From: Geosiphon pyriformis uo1 | Taxonomy: Eukaryota > Fungi > Glomeromycota | Direction: 5' to 3' | Length of the DNA stretch: 64,000 nt | Assembly: GCA_016748015.1 (NCBI GenBank) | Contig: JAAOMT010000254.1 | Span: 210,532-274,531 of the forward strand | Part shown: piece after piece, positions 11,987 through 25,139 of the stretch | Numbering within the stretch: the stretch's first letter is position 1 | How the letters are laid out: each line of letters begins with the position of its first letter | Notes under the pieces: generated by a model | What the model saw: the letters and a program-made list of their open reading frames with translations, nothing else | The model's database searches: none | Told to the model about the DNA's origin: nothing | Position numbers and translations under genes: made by a program

Positions 11987-14900
11987 CCACTAATAAATAA
12001 TCTAGGCCAAAAATTAATCTTATAGCAAATATTATGTAAATAATAGAAGAAAGAGGCATTGCACTTAAAAGCTCTAGTAATACATATAGGGTATCTGAGT
12101 TTTCAAGACCACAGGTACACTTAATTGAGACTGTTATAGCTTCATGTACAACTTACACTAAGATTAAAGACTTATTAAGGAAGGAAAACATTTTGTATTT
12201 GCATTAGATACAGAATGAAAATAGATCACTAATAATATGGATAGACTTTACAAGAAAATATAGGCAAAGTAATAGTGGTAGAATTCCCAAATGGTTTAAG
12301 ATTTTAGAGTTTACAATCATTATGGATGAACACAGAAACATTAATGTAACCCAATATGAAACAGTGGAAATACATAAAATAGATAACCAAATACCAGATG
12401 ACTTAAATACAATTTTTTTTTGTTAACATGTAGCCATGTTGGTTATTTATTAGTTATGTTCACAGTAATATAGCATTTTCATAAAGCCAGTTTACCCAAT
12501 AATACAAATCACAAGATGCAGCTAATCACAAGCAGAAAGCCTTAACTACATACTAGTACTATCTTTGCTACTTAATGTATTAAACATATCTAATTCATAT
12601 ATCTTACTCATAATACTAACAAGCTCATAACTATCCTTAATCATATTACTCATTCACTTAGCAGTCTGATTAGGACTGGATTTGATTCCAGAAGGCTAAT
12701 TTTCTTATAAATGTATCATAATATCAAAGGTATTATCATAAACCAAAAAATCTTTATCATTATTATCATTATCATCAACCATGTTGTCATTATCTGATTT
12801 ATCCTCCAAGCAGATCTGTTCACATTTTTTTTCAAGGCATGTTATTCTTTTCTGTATCACAATGGCAATAGCAGCCAAGTCTTTATTTTGCTTAGCCAAC
12901 CCATCCACATATTTCTTAACTGACATATCCATGGCAGTTGGAGTAGACAGAAATTTAGTAACCAATACAATCAGAGCACCAACAGACTCAACCAAGGATT
13001 TTATCAACACAGACAGTTCACTAAGATGGGATTCCAGAGAAGCCAACTTAGATTCAACAGCAAAATTGGGAGCAGAAGAAACAGCAGGCAACACAGATGT
13101 TACAGTTTTGGAAAAATCACCAAGATTCAAGTCCATATCAGCAGCAGCAGGAGGAACCACAAAGACAGCAGCTTTGACATAAGATTTAGATCCAGCAAAT
13201 AAAGATTTGAAAACTTTGGAACCACCAGAAGTATTGAAAGAGAATTTGGGTGGGAGAGGAGGTGATATCTTGCAGTCCACAGCCAAATAATTCAAGTCTT
13301 AATACTTGTAGCAGCAGTAATATCCAGAAGTTTTCTACCAGATACAACAATCACACAAGGTACCAGTTTTTGACACAGCAACATTCAAAGATTCCAAGGA
13401 ATCAAAGATAACCACAGCAAAGCATTAATGCTGATAAGATTCAGGAAAGTAAAGAATGAAACATGTACAGCCACCAACTTGGGAGACCAAATCACTTATT
13501 TCAAAGGCAGTACAGCCAAATAAAAGATTAACCAACTTAGCTTTGAATACATCTCTTGAGGAGATAATCTCCTTTTGGTTGTCAATGAGAAAAATTCTAA
13601 CATTATCTTTTCTAATCAATACAAACCAGTTAAAGAGAGCAGCAGCAGCAGAAGAAATGTTTTTAAAATTAACCACAGCATATTGCCATAAGCCAGCAGG
13701 CTTCAACTTAACAGAAATGACAACACCAAAAATGCCAAGAGCAGTTTTGATATTATTAAAAGAGGTACCCAAAGATATATTATGCAAAGAAAAAAGAAGA
13801 ACCAAAGACCACACCAGAAGACCATGCAATCTTAAGAGTAGTCAAAAAAACTTCATTATTAATGGTCACTTTGGTAGCACTATTTAGACTCTTCTAAGAT
13901 TTAAATTCCACACAGAACAACTTAACAGCATCTTGTGAAACTGACTTAAGTCCAATACAACCAGGCAGCAACTAAAACAAAAAACCAAGCAGAGTCATTT
14001 TGATTTTAAATGTAGTACCAAATACTAAATTGGATATTATCCAACCAGAGAACCTCTGACGACCATTCACATTCTCCCAAGCACTACCATCAGCAGCACC
14101 AGAAACTAGGGAAGGGACAGTTGATTTTATTTTCATCTGATTAGCTCAATCTTTGAGATCATCTGGATTGATAAACTGTTTTGCTACTAAGATTGGTGAT
14201 AATCTGCTAAAGAGTATCACATTAGACAACACAACCAGTAGTTGATCTTGGCCTATCTTGGAAGATATGCCACTGCTGTTGCCATCTATATTAAGAAGAG
14301 GGCTGGCTGCTGCTGTGAAGATCTTACCCAAGATCTTATCTGGAATTACAAAGGGATTTGGTGTTACTAAAGCAGTTGCAACTGTCTGCTGCTGTTTTTT
14401 GGAATTTTTTGTTTTCATGGCCATTTGTAAAGCAGTAGTAATAGAAGTAGTAGTGAAAGTAGTAAGAGCAGAAAAGACCAACTTATTGACTAATCTGTTA
14501 TTAAAAATCTTTGGGTTTTTAAAAGCAGTAGAAACAACACTGGAACTAACCCAAGTGTGTTTTTTTGAAAGAACTTTGACTGAAGAAGAACTACCAGCCA
14601 AAGATAAAAAAAATAAACCAAAAGCCACTAAAGGCAGCTTTTTACTAGTATTTTTTAAAGGAAATATTGCCAGAACGTTTTGTCTAGCTGTTTCAATAAC
14701 AGAGAGATCTTCTCGTATTAAAACTTTATTAATTACTATAGAAAAAGTACTGTTTGCAACTTTTTTACTCTTAGCTCTATTCATAGTCATAAAAATTAGG
14801 AAAGAAAAACCCTAAATACAATGCAAAAAGACTCTATTTATATCCAAATTTCTGATGCTCTATTACCACAATAGAGAAATGTGCAAGAGAAGTTGAGACT

Positions 14901-16419
14901 CAGAAAGGAAATAGAAATATCAACAAATGGCTCACTGGTAAAAGCTAGTTCTGAGGATACTAAAGGAGCAGCCACTTTTATGACACATAGAATAAAAGCC
15001 AACTTTGATATAGCAGTTGATAAAACATTATTGTCAACAAAAACTGAGACAAAAGCTGTATTATTGGCTTTGAAAATAGTACTCTACAAATGTAAACTGA
15101 TATTAAACACAAATAGTTAGGCAGTAGTGTCAACAGCTCAAAAATAGTTGTTCAAAAATTCTCCCTTGTCTGTTAGGAATCAGCTCAAAACTTCTAACTG
15201 GTGCATATAAAATGCAATTAAAGCAGTAATAAGGAAAAAAAGAATTGATCTTACCATAAACAAAGTGGCTGCACATACTGAAATATCCAAAAATGAGAAG
15301 GCTGACAAATTAGCCAAAGAAGCTACTGCCCTTAACACAATGGAATGGACCTACAATGACAAAAATACCAGCTATGTTCCCAGTTGCAGAGAAATTAAGT
15401 TGGATCTAAATATCAGACACTTTTTGACTCAACAGACCAAACTTCAAGCAGCTTTGAAATGGATAAGCAATAATAAAGTCCAAGAGATATTAAGACCTTT
15501 AGACTAAAAGATAGACTAAAAAAGCATAACCAAAGTTTGGAATTGGGATGGTAAAATGTTCTCTGGCTTTACTTTAGCCAGTTCCTTAGCAATGCATACA
15601 TTTATTATGAAATCATTTCACAACATACTGCCAACAGCAGAGGTGCTATATAACAGATGTCTCTTTGTGTATTTAATTAATCTTTGCAAAATATGTCACA
15701 TGGAAGTAGAAACCAACTGTCACTTTTGGGAATGCTTTTTGAATACTCAAAAAAACAAGACACTGATAGACAAAGTGAAAAATAAGTGGATGCAGTGCTT
15801 ATCAAAGACTATGGGAGGAAAACACAAAACCTTAAACTCTGACAAGAAGTTGGTCCTATCTAATAAGTATATTATGTCAACATTCAACATAGATCTACTA
15901 TACAATAAATTGATCAATAAGCAATTTGGAAGAATTAATACTTTCACTGACATTGATCATAAAACTTGTAATAATATATTAATTGGAGTGTGTAAATGAG
16001 CAGTGGCTCAAGCAAAAAGTAGATTATGGGATGAACAATTCAAATTACAAACTGAGTGAGAAAAATCAGTGAGTATTAATAACAAAGTTAAGAAAAGTCT
16101 ATCAGGTGTGTTCAACATATATAAAATATTGGGAAGTGATAGTGATGATAACAGCAAAGCTAAAATTAAGATTTTTATAGTGTAATAAGATACTAATTGA
16201 TGTTTTTTGTGGTAGAATTGCTTTAAATAATAGTGTGATACCTCTTAGATTTTCTGATTATATTAGTATGTAGTTAGACATAGCCACTTAGTAATTAGTC
16301 ATATCTTGTAATTTAGATTATTGGGTGAGTTGGCTTTATAAAAAAACCATGCTTTTTGAGTGTGGCTAAACTAATAAAAGATTAGTGTAACTACATGTTA
16401 ACAAAAAAAAAAAAAAAAA
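11987..16419 (+). mobile_element. LINE copy L1, 3' part of ORF2 (RNase H, Zn finger) + 3' UTR + poly(A); interrupted by H1
   Basis: Aligns to L2 ORF2; EISTNGS..NTNS..VAAH..NEKADKLAK RNase H; CKIC..H..C; A-tail 16403-16419. Confidence 0.92.
12414..14812 (-). mobile_element. ORF1-only non-autonomous retroposon, copy H1 (ORF 14790-12546)
   Basis: Poly(T) at ~12413-12421; TSD TAAATACAAT at 12404-12413 and 14813-14822; LINE ORF2 rejoins across it. Confidence 0.93.
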
Positions 16420-16626
16420 GAGCTGAAGATAACAAAGGAGAATTGTTGCAATCTTTTGAAAAATGTCCAGTTAATCCACAACAGTAGCACACAGGTGATA
16501 AGGAGGCTGCTGAGACTAGTTCAAATCTAAATCTTTAGGTTGTTGATTATTTCTGACTGTTTAGGCTAATAGTTCTAATAGCCAAGCAAAATTTGCTGTA
16601 AGTCTATCTATTAATTGTTTATTTAG

Positions 16627-19056
16627 AAAAAAAAAACTTTTTTTCTTCTAAATTTCATGACCATGAATTGAATTAAGAGTAAAAAAGTTGCAAACAGTTC
16701 TTTTTCTATAGTAACTAATAAAGTTTCAACATGAAAGGATCTCTCTGTTATTGAAGCAGCTAGACAAAATGTTCTGGCAACATTTCCTTTAAAAAATACT
16801 AATAAAAAGCTGTTTTTAGTGACTTCTGGTTTATTTTTTTCACCTTTGGCTGGTAGTTTTTCTCCAGTTAAAGTTCTTTCAAAAAGACACACTTGAGTTA
16901 ATCCCAGTATTGTTTCTACTGCTTCTAAGAGCCCAAAAATTTTTAATAACAGACCAGTCAACACATTGGTCTTTCCTGCTTTTATCATTCCCATTACTAT
17001 TTCTACTACTACTGCTTCACAAATAACCACAAAAGCAAAAAATTCCAAAAAACAGCAGCAGACAGTTACAACTGCTATAGTTACACCAAACCCCTTTGTA
17101 GTTCTAGATGAGATCTTTAGTAAGATCTCTATAGCAGTAGACAGTTTTCTTCCTGATATGGATGGCAACAGCAGCAGCACATCTCTCAAGATGGGTTAAG
17201 ATCAACTACTGGCTGTGTTGTCTAATGTGGTACTCTCCAGCAGATCATTACTAATCCCAGTAGCAAAACAGTTCATCAATTCAGATGATCTTAAAGATTG
17301 GGCTGATCAGATAGAAATGAAGTCAACTGCTTCTTCCCCATTTTCTGACACTGCTAATGGTGATGCTTGGAAGAATGTGAATGGTCGTCAAAGGTTCTCT
17401 GGTTGGGTGGCCTCTAATTTTGTGCCTGGTAGTACATTTAAGATCAAAATGGCCCTGCTTGGTTTGTTTCAGTTGCTGCCTGGTTGTATTGGGCTTAAGT
17501 CAGTTTCACAAGATGCTGTCAAATTGTTCTGTGTGGAATTTGCATTTTAGAAAAGTCTAAATAGTGCTGTCAAAGTGGCCATTGGTGAAGAGATTTTTCT
17601 AACCACTCTTAAAATTGCATGGTTTTCTGGTGTGGCCTCTGTGTTTTTCCCTTCTCTGTCTGTTGCACTTCGTAATGTTCTCTTGGATAGCTTTCCTGAT
17701 GACATTAAAGCTGCTCTTGGCATTTTTGGTGTTGTCATTTCTGTTAAGTTGAAGCCAGCTGGCTTGTGATAATACACTGTAGTTCACTTCAAGGACATTT
17801 TTTCTGCTGCTGAGACTCTCAAACACTGGTCTGTGCTGGTCAAAAAAAATAGTGTCAGAATTCTTTCTGTAGTTAACCAAAGAAAGATTATTGCTTCAAG
17901 AGATGTATTTAAAGCTAAGTTGGTTAGTTTTCTCTTTGGTTGTACTGCCTTTGAGATTAGTAATTTGGTTTCTCAGGTTGGTGGCCAAACCTGTTTCATT
18001 CCCCAATCCCCTGATTCATACTGACATCAATGTTTTGCTGTGGTTACCTTCAATTCTCTGGAATTCTTGGACAATGCTGTGTTAAAAACTGGTACTTTGT
18101 GTAGTTGCAATATTTGGTGGAAAACTCCTGAATGCCATTGCTGCTACAGGTGTCAAGATTTGGATCATTTAGCAGTGGACTGCAAAGTGTCACCACCTCT
18201 TTCTCCCAAGTTTGTTTCTAACTCCACTAGTGATTCCAAAGTTTTCAAGTCTTTGTTCGCTGGGGCTAAGTCTTATGTCAAAGCTGTTGTATTTGTAGTT
18301 CCTTCTGCAGCTGCTGCTGCTGGTATAGATCTTGTTCTTGATTCAACTCCCAAAAGTGTAGTACCTATGGTTCCTAGTGTCTCCCCTGTTTTGATTGCTG
18401 TTGTTAAATCCAGATTGGCTTTTATGGAATCCTATCTTAATAAGTTGGTATTATTAGTTAAGTCTATAATTGAACCTGTTGGTTCTCTGGTTGTGCTGAT
18501 TACCAAACTGCTGTCTACTCCACAAGCTGTAGACATGATATTGAGAGAAAGTATGGTTGGTTTGGAAAAACAAGTTAAAGCTGTAGCTACTGTGACTTCT
18601 ATGTTGAATAGAGACATTAAGTCCCTAACAAAAAAGTATGATCAGATCTCCTTGAAAAATGCATCTGATGATGATAATATAGATGATAATGATAATAAGA
18701 TTAAAGACTTTTCAGTCTATAATGACACCTTTGATATGATGATGCAATTGTGGAAGGATCAGCCTCCTAGCATCAAATCCAATCCTGATTAAACTGTTAA
18801 GTGGATGAGTGGTATGGTTAAGAATAGTCATAAGCTTGTTAGTATTATGGATAAGATGTATGAATTAGATATGTTTGATACATTAAGTAACATAGGTAGT
18901 ATTAGCATGTAGTTAGGGCTTTCTGCTTGTGGTTAATCATATCTTGTGATTTTGTATTATTGGGTGAGCTGGTTTTGTAAAAGCACCACTTTACTGTAGA
19001 CATAACTAATAAATAACCAGCATGGCTACATGTTAACAAAAAAAAAAAAAAAAAAA
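16627..19056 (+). mobile_element. ORF1-only retroposon copy H2
   Basis: Poly(A) tail; diverged 15-bp TSD at 16612-16626 / 19057-19071. Confidence 0.92.
16657..18912 (+). pseudogene. H-element ORF1-like protein, ~751 aa (low-complexity N-term, RRM-like repeats, CCHC knuckle, coiled coil, acidic tract, conserved C-term)
   Basis: All ORF-track fragments (16966, 17215, 17575, 17833, 18040) share one frame with ATG 16657 and TAG 18910; CYRCQDLDHLAVDC; motif similarity to LINE ORF1 (AG.WQ.AVV, VRKD..RI, AKLV.LP..CTA, CFIP). Confidence 0.88.
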
Positions 19057-19352
19057 CAACTGTTCATTTGGGTCTTGAGTTTGGGTGGCAAAAGAGATAG
19101 CAGCTATTTGTGGAGCAGAAGCCATAACAGAAACAAGAGCATAAACTAGAAGAGTAAATTCTAGATGCTCCTTTGGTTATCTTCTATTCTCTGGGCAAGT
19201 TCAATAGTCATATCTAATGTGGGATTATTTTTTAAGGCCAAAAGAAGCCAAAAAGCATATGACAGATCTGTTCTTAATCCTTTTGTAAAGAAATAAATCT
19301 TTTGCTTTTCTGTCCAGTTTTTTTCAGAGTTTACTCTTTTAATTAACTTTCT

Positions 19353-22300
19353 AGACAAAAAATAATAAAACTCTTTTTCTCTCAAATTTCATGACCACGA
19401 CTAAAGCTAAAAGTAAAAAAGTTGCAAACAGTACTTTTTCTATAGTAACTAATAAAGTTTTAACACGAAAGGGTCTCTTTGTTATTGAAGCAGCTAGGCA
19501 AAACATTTTGGTTACATTTCTTTTAAAAAACAGTAGTAAAAAGCTGCCTTTAGCAGCTTCTGGTTTATTTTCTTCACCTTTGGTTGGTAGTTCTTCTCCA
19601 GTCAAAGTTTTTTTAAAAAGGCATACTTGGGTTAGTCTTAGTGTTGTCTCTACTACTTCAAAAAGCCCAAAGATTTTTAATAACAGACCAGTCAACAAGT
19701 TGGTCTTTTCTGCTCTTACCACTTTCACTACTTCTGCTATTTCTGCTTTACAAATGACTGCAAAAGCCAAAAATTACAAAAAACAGCAGTAAGCAGTCAC
19801 AACTGCTATGGTTACATTGAATCTCTTTGTGGTTCCAGATGAGATCTTGGATAAGATCTCTATAGCAGCAGCCAGCTCTCTTTTTGATATGGATGACAAT
19901 AGCAACAACTTAACTTTTAATATGAAGTAAGATCAACCACTGGTTGTGTTGCTTGATGTGATGATCTTCAGCAAATTTTCTTCTGCCATAGAAACAAAAC
20001 AGTCTGTCATTTCAGATGATCTTAAAAATTGGACTGATCAGATAAAAATAGAATCATCTATTTCTTTTTCAGTTTTTGGTGTTGCTGATGGAAGTGCTTG
20101 AATAAATGTGAATAGTCAACAAAAATTCTCTGGGTAGATGGTCTTTACTCTTGTGCCTGATGTTACATTCAAGATTAAGATGGCCCTTTTTAGTTCCTTG
20201 TTTTAACTACTGTCTGGTTGTATTGGACTTAAGTTGGTTTTACAAGATGCTGTTAAGTTGTTCTGTGTGGAATTTGCATCTTAAGAGAGTCTAACTGGAG
20301 CCACCAAAGTGGCCATTGGTAATAAGATTTTTTTGACCACTCTTAAGATTACACAATCTTCTGGTGTGGCTTCTGTTTCTTCTTCTTCTCTATTAGTTGT
20401 ACTGTGTGACATATCTTTGGGTACCTCTTCCAATAACATCAAAAATGCTCTTGGCATTTTTGGTGTTGTCACATCTGTTAAGTTAAAGCCTCTTTTTTTT
20501 CACCTATTACAAAAAAAAAAAAACTCTTTCTCTTCTAATTTTCATGACCACGAATAGAGCTAAGAGTAAAAAAGTTGCAAATGTTATTTTTTTTATAGTA
20601 ACTAATAAAGTTTCAACACAAGAGGGTCTCTCTGTTATTGAAGCAGCTAAACAAAACGTTCTGGCAATATTTCCCTTAAAAAATATTAGTGATAAGCTGT
20701 CTTTAGCAGTTTCTGGTTTATTTTCTTTTCCTTTGGCTGGAAATTCTTCTCTGGTCAAAGTTCCTTTAAAAAGACACACTTGGGTTAGTCCCAGTGTTGT
20801 TTTTACCACTTCAAAAAGCCCAAAGATTTTTAATAACAGACCAGTCAACAAGTTGGTCTTTTCTGCTCTTACCATTTCCATTACTATTTCTACTACTACT
20901 GCTTCACAAATGGCAGCAAAAGCAAAAAATTCCAAAAAACAACAGTAGACAGTCACAACTGCTTTGGTCATACCAAACCCCTTTGTGGTTCCAAATGAGA
21001 TCTTTGGTAGAATCTCCACAGCAGCAGCCAGTCCTCTTCCTAATATGGATGGCAACAGTAGCGGCACATCTCCCAAGATGGGCCAAGATCAACTACTGGC
21101 TGTGTTGCCTAATGTGATACCTTCTGGCAGATCATTGCCAATACCAATAGCAAAACAGTTCATCAATTCAGATGATCTCAAAGATTGGGCTGATCAGATA
21201 AAAATAGAATCAACTGTTCCCTCCCAGTTTTTGGTGCAGCTGATTCTAGTGCTTGGGAGAATGTGAATGGTCATCAAAGATTCTCTGGTTGAGTGGCCTC
21301 TAATCTTGTACCTGGTGCTATGTTTAAGATCAAGATGGCTTTGCTTAGTTTTTTGTTTTAGCTGCTGCCTGGTTGTATTGGGCTTAAATCTGTTTCTCGA
21401 GATGCTGTCAAGTTGTTCTGTGTGGAATTTGCATCTCAGGAGTGTCTAAATGGTGCTACCAAAGTGGCCATTGGTGATGAGATTTTTTTGACCACTTTTA
21501 AGATTGCATGGTCTTCTAAAGTGGCCTCTGTTTCTTTTCTTTTCTTGTCAGTTGTACTGCATAATGTATCTTTGAGTATCTTTTCTGATGACATCAAAAC
21601 TGCTCTTGGCATTTTTGGTGTTGTTACTTCTGTTAAGTTAAAGCCTACTGGCTTATGGCAATACACTGTGGTTAATTTTAAGGACATTTTCTCTGCTATT
21701 GCTGCTCTCTTTAACTGGTTTGTATTGGTCAGAAAAGATAGTATTAGGATTTTTCTCATTGTCAACCAAAAGGAAATTATCTCCTCAAGAGATGCATTCA
21801 AAGCTAAGTTGGTCAATCTTCTATTTGGTTGTACTGTCTTTGAGATAAGTAATTTGGTCTCCCAAGTTGGTGGCCATACATGTTTTATTCCTTGCTCCCC
21901 TGAATCTTATTGATGTCAATGCTTTGCTATAGTTACCTTTGATTCTTTGGAATCTCTAAATGCTGCTGTGTCAAAAACTGGTATCTTGCATAGTTGTCGC
22001 ATCTGGTGAGAAACTTCTGGGTGTCGCTGCTGCTACAGGTGTCAAAACTTGAATCATTTGGCTGTGAACTGCAAGAAGTTGCCTCTTCTCCCACCTAAAC
22101 TCCCTTTCAACACCTTTGGTGGCCCCAAAAATTTCAAATTTTCATTTGTTGGATCTAAATTTTATGCCAAGGCTGCTGCTTTTGTGGTTCCTCCTGGTGC
22201 TGCTGCTGCTGATATGGAATTAAATCTTGGTGGTTCTCCCAAAATTGCAACACCTGTGGTGTCTGCTGTCTCTTCTGTTTCCAATACTGCTGTTGAATCT

Positions 22301-24224
22301 AGGTTGGCTTCTTTTGAATCCCATCTTAGTGAACTATCTGTGTTGATTAAATTCTTGGTTGAACCTGTTAGTGCTCTGATTGTATTGGTTACCAAATTGC
22401 TGTCTACTTTATTTGTTGTGGATATGTCAGTTAAGGAATATGTAGATGGGTTGGCTAAGCAAAATAAAAGCTTGGCTGCTGTTGCCACCATAATACAGAA
22501 AAGATTAACATGTCTTGAGACAATAAGTGAATGGATTTGCTTAGAGAATAGATCAAATGTTGATGATATGATTGATGATGTTGATGATGATGATGATAAA
22601 GATAAAGATTTTTCAGTTTATGATAATACCTTTGATGTCATAATGCAACTATGGGAAGATCAGTCTTTAAGAATCAAATCCAGTCCTGATCAGACTGCTA
22701 AGTGGATGAGTAGTATGGTTAAAAATAGTCATGAGCTTGTTAGCATTATGGGTAAGATGTATAAATTAGATATGTTTGATACATTAGATAGCAAAAGTAG
22801 TACTAGCATATAGTTAAGGCTTTCTGCTTGTGGTTAGCCACATCTTGTGATTTTTGTATTATTGGGTGAGCTGGCTTTGTAAAACTGTCACATCACTGTG
22901 ACTTAACTAATAAATAACCAGCATGGCTACATGTTAACAAAAAAAAAAAAAAAAAGTTAAGTTAAAGTCTGCTGGCTTATGACAATATGCTGTAGTTAAT
23001 TTTAATGGTCAGGAAAGACAGTGTTAGAATTTTTCTCATTGCCAACCAAAAAAAAATTATCTCCTTAAAAGATGCTTTTAAAACTAAGCTGGTAAATCTT
23101 CCATTTGGCTGTACTGCATTTGAAATAAGTGATCTGGTCTCCCAAGTTGGTGGCTGTACATGTTTCATTCCCTGCTCTCCTGATTCCTATCGACTTCAAT
23201 GCTTTGTGGTGGTAACTTTTGATTCCTTGGAATCTTTAAATGCTGTTGTTTCAAAAACTGGTACCTTGCATGACTGCCGCATCTGGTGAGAAACTCCTGA
23301 ATGTTGTTACTGCTACAGATGTCAAAGTTTAGATTACTTGGCTGTAGGCTGCAAAGTGCTGCCACCCCTCTCTCTCAAACTCTCTTCTAATTCTGCTGGT
23401 AGTGCCAATATCTTCAAGTTATCCTTTGTTGGAGTTAAATCCTATGTCAAAGCTGCCACCTCTGTGGTTTCTCCTGTTGCTGCTGCTGATAATATAGATC
23501 TGGCTTTCAGTTCCCCTCCCTAAAGGTGTTGTGTCTCTGTTGTCTGTTGTCTCCTCTGGTTCAGATATTGCTGTTAATGCTAGGTTGGCTTCTTTGGAAA
23601 CTCAACTTAGTGAACTGTCTTTGTTGATCAAATCTATAATTGAGCCTGTGGGTTTTTTGGTTGTGTTGTTTATTAAATTATTGTTTACTCCTTCTGTTAT
23701 GGCAGAGGCAATAAAAGAAAGTGTGGTTGAATTGAGAAACCAAATTAATGGTGTTTATACAGTGGCTTCTGTGCTATAAAAGGAAGTAGGGGCCATTAGG
23801 TTGAGGAGTGAAAAAGTTCACCTTGACATATCTGATAATGAAGACATAGATAATGATAATAATGATAATAATGATGTTAAAGATTTTTCAATCTATGATG
23901 ACACATTTAATGCAATGATGGAATTATGAGAGGTTCAATCCTTTAATGTTAAATCTGATCCTGATCAGACTGCTAAGTGAATAAGTGATCTCAATAAGAG
24001 TAGTCATAAGCTTGTATGCATTATAAGTAAGATGTATGAATTAGATATGTTTAATACATTATGTAGCAAAAATAGTATTAATGTGTAGTTAGTGCTTTTC
24101 CACTTGTGATTAGTTGTATCTTGTGATTTTTGTATTATTGAGTGAGCTGGCTTTATGAAACCACCACATTATTGTAGACTTAACTAATAAATGACCAGCA
24201 TGACTACACATTAACAAAAAAAAA
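19353..24224 (+). mobile_element. ORF1-only retroposon copy H3, interrupted by H4
   Basis: Perfect TSD TTAATTAACTTTCT at 19339-19352 / 24225-24238; poly(A) tail. Confidence 0.92.
20492..22955 (+). mobile_element. ORF1-only retroposon copy H4, nested in H3 (ORF 20544-22813)
   Basis: TSD GTTAAGTTAAAG(C/T)CT at 20477-20491 / 22956-22970; poly(A). Confidence 0.93.
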
Positions 24225-25139
24225 TTAATTAACTTTCTGATGGCTTTGGCATATTTAGTTACCACTTTACTAGAACCTTAGATTTTTTTTTCTAGTTTTA
24301 TGCACCATTTAGAGATTAGGATGGGAGTTCTAAATTTAGTTTCAAACCAGGTTGTAAAAGAGATATTTTTTTTTCTAGCATTTGTTGGTGCTTATCTAAT
24401 AATTTTTTGGTGAACACTAAGATTAGTTTTTTGTAAGAACCAAGTAGCAAAAGAGCCTTAGGAGTAGCCACCAACAATTTAAAACTTGTATTTATTATCA
24501 TATTGGTTGGTTGTAGCAGCTCTTTCAAAGTCATCTAATTATTTGATTGGATCTTATGTATCACCTCTGAATAAAGGTAGTGGAATGTTATTTCTTTACC
24601 CTAAAACAGTTTGTATGCCTTGGAGGGTGATCAGAATATTTTGTTGCATGGGGTTATTAGTCATTAGTTCAGGAGTAGCTATTTGTGTAGAATGTTCTGA
24701 TTTATTTGAGAAGAGGTCAAAAACAGAAACAGTTTGATAGCTTTTTTCTTCTGTTTCAAAGAGTGTTTCAGCTAGCTGATAGGCAGCAATCCAAATGTGA
24801 ATTTGATAATTCAGATATTCAAAATTAGGAGGCTGTTGTTTAAAGGTTGTGGAGTATAAAAGCTGATTGATATTGTAATAAGTTGTATAAGCTGTGTAGG
24901 TTTCAGCTAAATACTTATTCAGAAACCAGTTTCAAAAGTCTTAGAATTGTCTGCTGGATTGTTTTTTGATGGAAAAGCAAATCAAGTAGAAAGGCAAAGA
25001 ATTAAGTTCAATAAAATCTAGATTATTTTTGTTGTGTGCTTTAAAATATTTTTCTAATTATTGTGACAAATATGAATAATTACCCATATAATAGAAAACA
25101 AAGTGGATTTTGACAATCTTACAGGGAGCACCACTTTTA

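Noticed and set aside
14258-14815. Recurrent 140-190 aa antisense ORFs over H elements (also 16623, 19351, 20507, 26727, 30068) and over LINE ORF1
   Set aside because: They lie in the register sharing third codon positions with the sense ORF. Stops there need sense TAx codons or T-CAx, which are rare in this Tyr-poor region, so they are best explained as shadow ORFs.
16657-18912. H copies as a host gene family or processed pseudogenes of a host RRM gene
   Set aside because: LINE ORF1-type architecture, LINE-shared 3' tail, several subfamilies and self-nesting fit a retroposon better
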